DNA of 15,506 bases from positions 1 to 15,506 of the forward strand of contig JBGQHJ010000116.1 of assembly GCA_041497895.1 (NCBI GenBank), written 5' to 3'. Below the pieces are notes generated by a model. The model searched no databases, had not been told where the DNA came from, and was given only the letters and a program-made list of their open reading frames with translations. This stretch comes from Candidatus Methylomirabilia bacterium. Its GTDB lineage: Bacteria; Methylomirabilota; Methylomirabilia; Rokubacteriales; CSP1-6. A program made the position numbers and the translations under genes. Position 1 is the stretch's first letter, and every line of letters begins with the position of its first letter. Positions 1 through 5,796 of the stretch are shown piece by piece.

Positions 1-521
1 AGATTCAGGCCCCGCGTAGCCAGAGCATCCAGGCTCCTCGTAGCCAGGAGATTCAGGCCCCGCGTAGCCAGGAGATTCAGGCCCCGCGTAGCCAGGAGAT
101 CCAGGCCCCGCGTAGCCAGGAGATCCAGGCTCCTCGTAGCCAGGAGATTCAGGCTCCTCGTAGCCAGGAGATTCAGGCCCCGCGCAGCCAGGAGATTCAG
201 GCTCCTCGTAGCCAGGAGATCCAGGCGCCGCGCAGCCAGGAGATTCAGGCTCCTCGCGGTCAGGACCTGCAGGCGCCGCGTAGCCAGGAGATTCAGGCTC
301 CTCGTAGCCAGAGCATCCAGGCTCCTCGGGGCCAGGAGATACAGGCTCCCCGGACTCAGGACATCCAGGCTCCGCGTGGCCAGGACATCCAGGCGCCCCG
401 CTCGGCCGACTTCAAGAAGGCGTCGACCCTCGTGAGCGAGGCGGAGGCGGCGTGCAAGGCGGGGAAGTCGTCCGTCGCGGCCGACAAGGCCAAGGCGGCG
501 ATGGAGCTGCTCAAGAAGTAA
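1..521 (+). CDS. Partial (5'-truncated) hypothetical protein with tandem octapeptide repeats (IQAPRSQE-type) and a C-terminal helical tail
   Basis: Frame starting at nt 3 is open to TAA at 519-521: IQAPRSQSIQAPRSQE...IQAPRSADFKKASTLVSEAEAACKAGKSSVAADKAKAAMELLKK*. Differences between repeat units are mostly synonymous, and an intrinsic terminator follows. Its start lies upstream of the window, so it is missing from the ORF track. Confidence 0.9.
   Translation, partial: IQAPRSQSIQAPRSQEIQAPRSQEIQAPRSQEIQAPRSQEIQAPRSQEIQAPRSQEIQAPRSQEIQAPRSQEIQAPRSQEIQAPRGQDLQAPRSQEIQAPRSQSIQAPRGQEIQAPRTQDIQAPRGQDIQAPRSADFKKASTLVSEAEAACKAGKSSVAADKAKAAMELLKK
3..410 (+). repeat. 24-bp coding tandem repeat, 17 units visible (may extend upstream)
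   Basis: Units such as ATTCAGGCCCCGCGTAGCCAGGAG and ATCCAGGCTCCTCGTAGCCAGGAG recur every 24 nt from 3 to 410. Units degenerate toward the 3' end (RGQD, RTQD, RSAD). Confidence 0.97.
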
Positions 522-541
522 GTAGCATTCGAAGAGCAACC

Positions 542-578
542 ACGGCCCCGGGGTGCTCCCCCGGGGCCGTTTCTTTTC
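542..578 (+). terminator. Intrinsic terminator after the repeat-protein gene
   Basis: 12-bp perfect stem ACGGCCCCGGGG (542-553) / CCCCGGGGCCGT (559-570) with a 5-nt loop, followed by TTCTTTTC. It lies between convergent stop codons at 521 and 585. Confidence 0.88.
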
Positions 579-584
579 TGGGGA

Positions 585-1337
585 TCACACGAGTCGCGCC
601 CGTACCCGCGAGGACGCGAAGTCGACCAGCATCACGAGCACGACGAGAACGAGCAGGACCGAGGCCGCCGCCGGATAGTTCAGGAGCCTCAGGTACGTCT
701 GCACGTAGAAGCCGATACCCCCCGCCCCCACGAAGCCCAGGACCGCCGCGGCTCGGATATTGGTCTCGAAGCGGTAGAGCGTGAACGAGAGGAACTGGGG
801 TACCAGCTGCGGCAGCACGCCCCAGCGCAGCACCTGGAGCGATGTAGCTCCGGTGGCCCGGACCGCCTCCACCGGACCGGGCTCGATGGCCTCGATGGCC
901 TCCGAGTAGAGCTTGGCGAGCACCGTGGCGGTGTAGACGATCACCGCGAGCACGCCCGGAAACGGTCCGAGCCCCACCGCGGCCACGAAGAAGAGCGCGT
1001 AGACCAGCGTGTCCACCGCGCGGAACGCGTTGAGCAGCAGGCGGGAGGTGTAGAAGAGCCACCGTGGCGCCGCGTTACGGGCCGCCGCGAAGCCTACCGG
1101 GAGGGCCAGCACCGCGGCCACCACCGTGCCGACGATCGCGATCTGTATCGTCTGGATCGCGCCACGGACCGCGTTGCCCAGCACCGATGGATCCGGCGGC
1201 ACCATCCGGCGCAGGAAGTCCCACATGAACGGCAGGCCCTCGACCATGCGCCCCACCGAGACCTCGGTGGCCACCGCGGACCAGATGAACACCGCCACGA
1301 TCGCGGCCCAGCCCGCCCAGCGGCCGCGGTGGCTCAC
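585..1337 (-). CDS. phnE: Phosphonate-family ABC transporter permease
   Basis: Hydrophobic C-terminal part of the 585..1952 ORF with EAA loop (EAIEAIEPGPVEAVRATGA) and PhnE-type YRFETNIRAAAVLGFVGAGGIG. Start placed at GTG 1337, overlapping the phnC stop (GTGA). Confidence 0.9.
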   Translation of the reverse strand: MSHRGRWAGWAAIVAVFIWSAVATEVSVGRMVEGLPFMWDFLRRMVPPDPSVLGNAVRGAIQTIQIAIVGTVVAAVLALPVGFAAARNAAPRWLFYTSRLLLNAFRAVDTLVYALFFVAAVGLGPFPGVLAVIVYTATVLAKLYSEAIEAIEPGPVEAVRATGATSLQVLRWGVLPQLVPQFLSFTLYRFETNIRAAAVLGFVGAGGIGFYVQTYLRLLNYPAAASVLLVLVVLVMLVDFASSRVRARLV

Positions 1338-2089
1338 GCCGCGCCGCCGGCCACACCCGGGCCGAAGATGCGTGTCGTGGCCGCGTCGTCCAGCGAGTCG
1401 GGCGGGCCGTCGTGCACCACGCGGCCCCGGTGAAGCCCGATGATGCGCTGCCCGTACGCCTGCGCCAGCTCGAGCACATGGAGCGACGCGATCACCGTGA
1501 TCCCGTCTTCGTGATTGATCCGGCGCAGCAGCTCCATGACGGTGTGGGCCAGCGAGGGATCGAGGCTCGCCATCGGCTCGTCCGCCAGGATCACCGCGGG
1601 CGCCTGGACCAGGGCGCGCGCGATGGCCACCCGCTGTTGCTGGCCGCCCGAGAGCGTGTCGATGCGGCGGGTGTCCAGGCCGCCGAGGCCGACCCGCGCG
1701 AGCGTCGCGCGGGCGCGAGCCAGGTCGGCCGGGTCGAACCAGCCGACGAGGGAGCGCCATCGCGGGGAATGGGAAAGCCGACCGAGCACGGTGTTCTCGA
1801 GGACGGAGAGACGGCGCAGGAGGTTGAACTGCTGGAAGACGAATCCGATCCCGGCCCGGACGCGGCGCAGGGTCTCCGGGGTCGCCCCGGTCACCGCGAC
1901 GCCGCCGACCTCGACCCGGCCTGCGGTGGGCGTCACGAGGCCGTTGAGGCACCGGAGGAGCGTGGACTTTCCCGCCCCGCTCGGCCCGATCAGGGCCACG
2001 AATTCCCCCGGGCCGATGTCGAGATCCACGTCGTCCAGCGCCCGCGAGCCGCCCGGATAGTCCTTGCAGAGGCCTCGCACCCGGATCAA
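1334..2089 (-). CDS. phnC: Phosphonate-family ABC transporter ATP-binding protein
   Basis: Walker [11 protein letters not shown]-loop region [10 protein letters not shown], signature [15 protein letters not shown], Walker [13 protein letters not shown]. Start placed at TTG 2089, overlapping the HIT gene stop (TTGA). Confidence 0.9.
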   Translation of the reverse strand: MIRVRGLCKDYPGGSRALDDVDLDIGPGEFVALIGPSGAGKSTLLRCLNGLVTPTAGRVEVGGVAVTGATPETLRRVRAGIGFVFQQFNLLRRLSVLENTVLGRLSHSPRWRSLVGWFDPADLARARATLARVGLGGLDTRRIDTLSGGQQQRVAIARALVQAPAVILADEPMASLDPSLAHTVMELLRRINHEDGITVIASLHVLELAQAYGQRIIGLHRGRVVHDGPPDSLDDAATTRIFGPGVAGGAA

Positions 2090-2415
2090 CGGCGGCCGGC
2101 CGTGAAGTGGAAGTGGATGTGATAGACGACCTGCCCGCCCTCCGGCCCCGTATTGCAGGAGAGGCGGTAGCCGCGCTCGCCGTAGCCGGTGCGCTCGCCC
2201 AGGAGGCGCGCGACGTGGACGCAGCGCCCGATCAGCGGGGCATCGCCCGGCTCGAGGCGCGCGATGGATTCGATGTGACGCTTCGGGATGATCAGGAGAT
2301 GGAGCGGCGCTTTCGGATAGAGATCGCGGAATGCGAGGACCTGGTCGTCCTCGTACTCGATCTCGGCCGGGCTCTCCTTGGCGGCGATGCGACAGAAGGC
2401 GCAGGGCTCGGTCAC
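2086..2415 (-). CDS. hinT: Histidine triad (HIT) nucleotide-binding protein, HinT/PKCI-like
   Basis: N-terminal CAFC, AFRDLYPKAPLHLLIIPKRHI, and triad GGQVVYHIHFH. GTG at 2415 is preceded by a GGGAGGAG RBS. Confidence 0.9.
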   Translation of the reverse strand: MTEPCAFCRIAAKESPAEIEYEDDQVLAFRDLYPKAPLHLLIIPKRHIESIARLEPGDAPLIGRCVHVARLLGERTGYGERGYRLSCNTGPEGGQVVYHIHFHFTAGRR

Positions 2416-2430
2416 GGCTCCTCCCGGCTC

Positions 2431-2440
2431 GTGTATACTG
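2431..2440. promoter_or_regulatory. Possible -10 element(s) in the 46-bp divergent gap between hinT and the microprotein gene
   Basis: TATACT at 2434-2439 on + (5/6 match to TATAAT); the overlapping - strand reads TATACA. No clear -35 element. Confidence 0.35.
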
Positions 2441-2461
2441 CTCGACGCAAAGGAGAATGAC

Positions 2462-2584
2462 ATGGGCACCTGCCCCAAGTGCAAGCTTCGGATCCGGAAG
2501 AACGGCAATCACGTCAAGCTGGGGTCGGTCTGGGTCCACAAGATGTGCCCGCCGAAGCCCGCCGCGTCCGCCAAGCGCGCCTAG
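2462..2584 (+). CDS. 40-aa basic microprotein with C-x2-C-x18-H-x2-C (putative single zinc finger)
   Basis: MGTCPKCKLRIRKNGNHVKLGSVWVHKMCPPKPAASAKRA*. AAGGAG RBS at ~2450-2455 precedes ATG 2462, third codon positions are mostly G/C, and the ORF sits in otherwise unoccupied sequence. Confidence 0.75.
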   Translation: MGTCPKCKLRIRKNGNHVKLGSVWVHKMCPPKPAASAKRA

Positions 2585-2797
2585 ACTTTCCCGCCTCCGC
2601 TTCCCCGCTCCCCTTCGTCAGTCGCCGTATCAGCCAGCCGAGCTTGCGTGCCCCGTGAGGGTACGCGTCGGCCGCCCGGGCGATCGGCCGGCGACGTCGG
2701 CGATGGCCTCGGTGACGCCTGTCCTGGTCACAGGAGCCTGCCGGAATCTGTCACCTCGGCCGGAGTCGGCCGTGATCCAGACCGAGCCGCCGGGTCT

Positions 2798-2810
2798 CAA
2801 GCTACTGAAT
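2798..2810 (-). promoter_or_regulatory. Putative IHF-like site upstream of the sigma54 promoter
   Basis: Minus strand reads ATTCAGTAGCTTG versus consensus WATCAANNNNTTR. It is an AT-rich patch about 60-75 nt upstream of the -24 box. Confidence 0.4.
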
Positions 2811-2871
2811 ACATTGTCTTGCCGCGGCGCTCCAAGGTCAGAGTCCGGGGCTGATTTGGACGGCGCGGGCG

Positions 2872-2887
2872 TGGCCCGACTCTTGTA
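2872..2887 (+). promoter_or_regulatory. Sigma54 (RpoN) -24/-12 promoter of the pilin gene
   Basis: TGGCCCGACTCTTGTA versus consensus TGGCACGNNNNTTGCW with correct GG-N10 spacing (GT instead of GC at -12). It is 60 nt upstream of the pilin ATG, which has an AGGAGG RBS. Confidence 0.7.
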
Positions 2888-2947
2888 TCACCCGAACCTT
2901 AAGTCTGTAAGAACGTCCTAATCTCTTTTGCAGGAGGAGCGAGGCTT

Positions 2948-3358
2948 ATGCACAGTTCAACCGAAGTTCAGACACAGCGCGCTCGGCGTCGCCAGCGCGG
3001 CTTCACGCTCATCGAGTTGATGATCGTGGTGGCCATCATCGGCATTCTCGCCGCGATCGCCATCCCGCTGTACGCCAACGTGCAGGCGCGCGCGCGTCTC
3101 GCGAAGGCCCAGGCCGATGCGCGGGCGCTCGCGTCCGCGGTCAGCATCTACTCGGCGCACACCGGTACGCTTCCCACCGCGCTCACCGACCTCACGTCGG
3201 CCGTGACCAACTCGCAGGGTCAGGTGGGCGGTCCGTTCATGGCCAGCGTCCCGGCGGGTCCGGCCGGCTGGGGTACCTACGTCTACACTCCGGTGGCGAC
3301 GGCCGGTACGTTCACGATTACCAACACGGGTGACAGCACCAGCGTCAGCGTACCGTAA
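2948..3358 (+). CDS. pilA: Type IV pilin (prepilin with class III signal peptide), probable major pilin
   Basis: Basic leader RARRRQRG|FTLIELMIVVAIIGILAAIAIP with F1, E5 and P22; 118-aa mature chain. Standalone gene with its own promoter and terminator. A GspG-like pseudopilin cannot be excluded. Confidence 0.85.
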   Translation: MHSSTEVQTQRARRRQRGFTLIELMIVVAIIGILAAIAIPLYANVQARARLAKAQADARALASAVSIYSAHTGTLPTALTDLTSAVTNSQGQVGGPFMASVPAGPAGWGTYVYTPVATAGTFTITNTGDSTSVSVP

Positions 3359-3376
3359 CGCGACGCTGCTAAGACC

Positions 3377-3413
3377 AACGGCCGGGGCTCGATGCCCCGG
3401 CCGTTTTACTTTT
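3377..3413 (+). terminator. Intrinsic terminator after the pilin gene
   Basis: Stem AACGGCCGGGGC (3377-3388) / GCCCCGGCCGTT (3394-3405), followed by TTACTTTT. Confidence 0.88.
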
Positions 3414-3464
3414 CGGACCTTGCCCCGGCAATCGACGACGCGTGCCGGCCGCGTGCGGAATTCA

Positions 3465-3540
3465 TGGTGGAGGGTAAGGGATTCGAACCCTCGACCTCGG
3501 CGTTGCGAACGCCGCGCTCTCCCAACTGAGCTAACCCCCC
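3465..3540 (-). tRNA. tRNA-Ala (anticodon CGC)
   Basis: Minus strand GGGGGGTTAGCTCAGTTGGGAGAGCGCGGCGTTCGCAACGCCGAGGTCGAGGGTTCGAATCCCTTACCCTCCACCA: 76 nt, G3:U70 Ala identity pair, anticodon stem CGGCG/CGCCG around TT-CGC-AA, GTTCGAA T-loop, encoded CCA. Confidence 0.97.
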
Positions 3541-3553
3541 GTCGGATCGATCC

Positions 3554-3582
3554 ATTGTACTCGGCCGGGCTCCGGGCGACAA
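3554..3582 (-). promoter_or_regulatory. Sigma70-type promoter of tRNA-Ala
   Basis: Minus strand TTGTCG (3582-3577), 17-nt spacer, TACAAT (3559-3554), 13 nt upstream of the mature tRNA 5' end. Confidence 0.7.
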
Positions 3583-3607
3583 GCCGGACGACGGCCCTGG
3601 CCGGCTC

Positions 3608-4417
3608 TCAGCTCTTGGGCGGAGGCGCCTCTCCCCCGAAGGCCCGCAGGAGCGGAGTGAAGAGATCCAGCGGCAGCGGGAAGAACGTCGTCGTGTTCCG
3701 CTCGGAGGCCACCTCCCGCATGGTCTGCAGGTAGCGGAGCTGCACCGCGATCGGGAAGCGCATGAGGACCTCGGCGGCCTCGCCCAGCTTGGCCGCGGCC
3801 TGGAACTCGCCCTCGGCGTTGATCACCTTGGCGCGCCGCTCGCGCTCGGCCTCGGCCTGCTTGGACATGGCGCGCTGCATGTCCTGGGGCAGGTCCACGT
3901 TCTTCACCTCCACCGCCGCCACCTTCACGCCCCACGGACTGGTGTGCTGGTCGATGATCCGGGTCAGCTCCTCGTTGATCTTCTCGCGGCTCGCCAGGAG
4001 ATCGTCCATCTGCTGCTGGCCCAGCACGCTGCGGAGCGTGGTCTGGGCCATCTGGGAGGTCGCGTAGAGATAGTCCTCGACGCTGATCACCGCCTTGGCC
4101 GCGTCCAGCACCCGGAAGAAGATCACCGCGTTCACTTTCATCGACACGTTGTCGCGCGTGATCACGTCCTGCGGCGGCACGTCCATGGTGATCGTGCGCA
4201 GGCTCACCTTGACCATCTTGTCGATGAACGGGATGAGGAGCACCAGGCCCGGGCCCGAGCCTTCCCCGCCCGGGTTGAAGATCGCGTTGGTCCGGCGGCC
4301 GAAGCGGAAGATGACCGCCCGCTCGTACTCGCGCAGGATCCGGAACGAGGAGAAGAAGATGTAGAGCAGGATCACCACCACCGGGATGATGCCGAAGAGG
4401 AGCTGGAAGCCTTCCAT
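3608..4417 (-). CDS. SPFH/band 7 (stomatin-like, slipin) membrane protein
   Basis: N-terminal TM segment, [66 protein letters not shown]-like [11 protein letters not shown] 4417 has an AGGAG RBS. Confidence 0.93.
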   Translation of the reverse strand: MEGFQLLFGIIPVVVILLYIFFSSFRILREYERAVIFRFGRRTNAIFNPGGEGSGPGLVLLIPFIDKMVKVSLRTITMDVPPQDVITRDNVSMKVNAVIFFRVLDAAKAVISVEDYLYATSQMAQTTLRSVLGQQQMDDLLASREKINEELTRIIDQHTSPWGVKVAAVEVKNVDLPQDMQRAMSKQAEAERERRAKVINAEGEFQAAAKLGEAAEVLMRFPIAVQLRYLQTMREVASERNTTTFFPLPLDLFTPLLRAFGGEAPPPKS

Positions 4418-4435
4418 GGGCAATCTCCTGGGGTC

Positions 4436-5755
4436 CTAGGGTCGTCGGGTGGAGCGAGTAACCGTGAGGGTGAGCCCGTCGATGGCGGTGACCTGGACCG
4501 GCTCCCCCGCCCCCACTCCGGTGTCCGGGCTCACCGCCCGCCAGAGCTCGCCGTCGATGAGCACCTGCCCGTCGGGCTGGAGCGGGCTCCGGGTCACGCC
4601 GAGCCGTCCCACCATCGCGGAGGATCCGGTCACGGAGGGGCGGTAGAGGGCGCGGATGCCCATGGACACCGCGAAGAACACGAGGCCCGCGGTGGTGCCC
4701 ACGGTGGGGACGATCACGTACCACGAGAGCCGGATGCCGGTGACGTCGGGGGAGTCGTAGAGCATGATCGAGCCGAGGAGCATCGAGATCACCCCGCCGA
4801 TCGCGAGGACGCCGTGGCTCACCACCTTGATCTCCACGATCAGCAGCACCACCCCGAACAGCAGCAGGAGCAGGCCCGCCCAGTTGACGGGCAGGCTCTG
4901 GAACGCGAAGAAGGCCAGGATCAGGCAGATGCCGCCGATGATTCCCGGCAGGATGGACCCCGGGTTCGACAGCTCGAAGAAGATGCCAAGCATGCCCCCC
5001 ATCATGAGCAGGTAGGCGATATTCGGGTCCGAGATCAGCGCCAGGAAGCGGTCGCGGAAGCGCACCTCGATGACGTTCACCGGGGCGTCCCGGGTAACCA
5101 GGGTCACCGGCCCCTTCGAGGTCTTCACCGTGCGGCCGTCGATCTTGGCGAGGAGATCGGGCACGCTGTCGGCGATCAGGTCCACGACCTTGAGCTTCAC
5201 CGCCTCGCGTTCGGTGGCCGAGACGGAGGCGCGCACCGCCTTCTCGGCCCACTCCGCGTTGCGCCCGCGCTCGGTCGCGATGGTGCGGGCGAAGGCGGCC
5301 GCGTCGTTCTCCACCTTCTTGCTCATCTCCTTGTCCATGCCCCCGCCCACCGCCACCGGATGGGCCGCGCCGATATTGGTGGCCGGGGCCATGGCCGCCA
5401 CGTGGGCCGCCATCGTGATGAAGACGCCCGCCGACGCGGCGCGGGCGCCGGTGGGCGACACGTAGACGATCACCGGGATCGGCGAGCCGAGGATGGTCTG
5501 CACCATCGAGCGCATCGACCGCTCGAGCCCGCCCGGCGTGTTGAGCTGGACGATCAGGGCCTGGGCCCCGTCCCTCTGGGCGCGGTCGATCGCGGTGATG
5601 AGCAGCCGCACCGTGACCGGGGTGATGGCCGAGTCCATCTCGATCGAGGCGACGGGCTGGGCGGCGCGGGCCGGACCGGCGGCCGAGAGAAGCGCGATGA
5701 TGCTCGGCAAGACGACGAGCAGGCCGAGGAGAGGCCGACGTGGGGCCGATCTCAC
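4436..5755 (-). CDS. nfeD: Long-form NfeD membrane-bound ClpP-class serine protease
   Basis: Signal-peptide-like N-terminus, LNTPGG, ARAASAG (catalytic Ser), TNIGAAHPV, multi-TM middle region, C-terminal OB-fold (GQVLIDGELWRA). Adjacent to the SPFH gene, as is typical. Confidence 0.92.
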   Translation of the reverse strand: MRSAPRRPLLGLLVVLPSIIALLSAAGPARAAQPVASIEMDSAITPVTVRLLITAIDRAQRDGAQALIVQLNTPGGLERSMRSMVQTILGSPIPVIVYVSPTGARAASAGVFITMAAHVAAMAPATNIGAAHPVAVGGGMDKEMSKKVENDAAAFARTIATERGRNAEWAEKAVRASVSATEREAVKLKVVDLIADSVPDLLAKIDGRTVKTSKGPVTLVTRDAPVNVIEVRFRDRFLALISDPNIAYLLMMGGMLGIFFELSNPGSILPGIIGGICLILAFFAFQSLPVNWAGLLLLLFGVVLLIVEIKVVSHGVLAIGGVISMLLGSIMLYDSPDVTGIRLSWYVIVPTVGTTAGLVFFAVSMGIRALYRPSVTGSSAMVGRLGVTRSPLQPDGQVLIDGELWRAVSPDTGVGAGEPVQVTAIDGLTLTVTRSTRRP

Positions 5756-5761
5756 GCCGTC

Positions 5762-5770
5762 ATCTTAGCA
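5762..5770 (-). promoter_or_regulatory. Possible extended -10 promoter for nfeD (leaderless-type spacing)
   Basis: Minus strand TGcTAAGAT, then 6 nt, then the GTG start; no SD sequence visible. Confidence 0.45.
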
Positions 5771-5796
5771 CTAGCGGCGGGCTTCCCACCGCCGCT

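Noticed and set aside
1..410. CRISPR array interpretation of the 24-bp repeats
   Set aside because: The units are directly adjacent with no unique spacers, vary mainly at synonymous codon positions, and no cas genes are present.
452..1062. ORFs 452..784 (+) and 511..1062 (-)
   Set aside because: Arg/Pro/Gly-rich off-frame translations that overlap the repeat gene, the terminator and phnE.
1338..2539. Long N-terminal extensions of phnE (to 1952), phnC (to 2539) and hinT (to 2508) in the ORF track
   Set aside because: The extensions overlap the neighbouring real genes. Starts at 1337, 2089 and 2415 give 4-nt stop/start overlaps or a clear RBS.
2587..2616. Pyrimidine tract (G-rich on the minus strand) as a G-quadruplex
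   Set aside because: G-runs are irregular (only three of 3 or more G) and unremarkable at this GC content.
2648..2854. 68-aa ORF upstream of the pilin
   Set aside because: No RBS or recognisable motif, and it overlaps the inferred enhancer/IHF region.
2948..3358. Electrically conductive (e-pilin) interpretation
   Set aside because: Only 8 F/Y/W in 118 mature residues. Aromatics occur at positions 1, 24 and 50 but not at 27, 32, 51 or 57 as in Geobacter-type pilins.
3414..3540. Integrated element (att site) at tRNA-Ala
   Set aside because: No integrase and no duplicate of the tRNA 3' end were seen in the window, and there is no obvious compositional shift.
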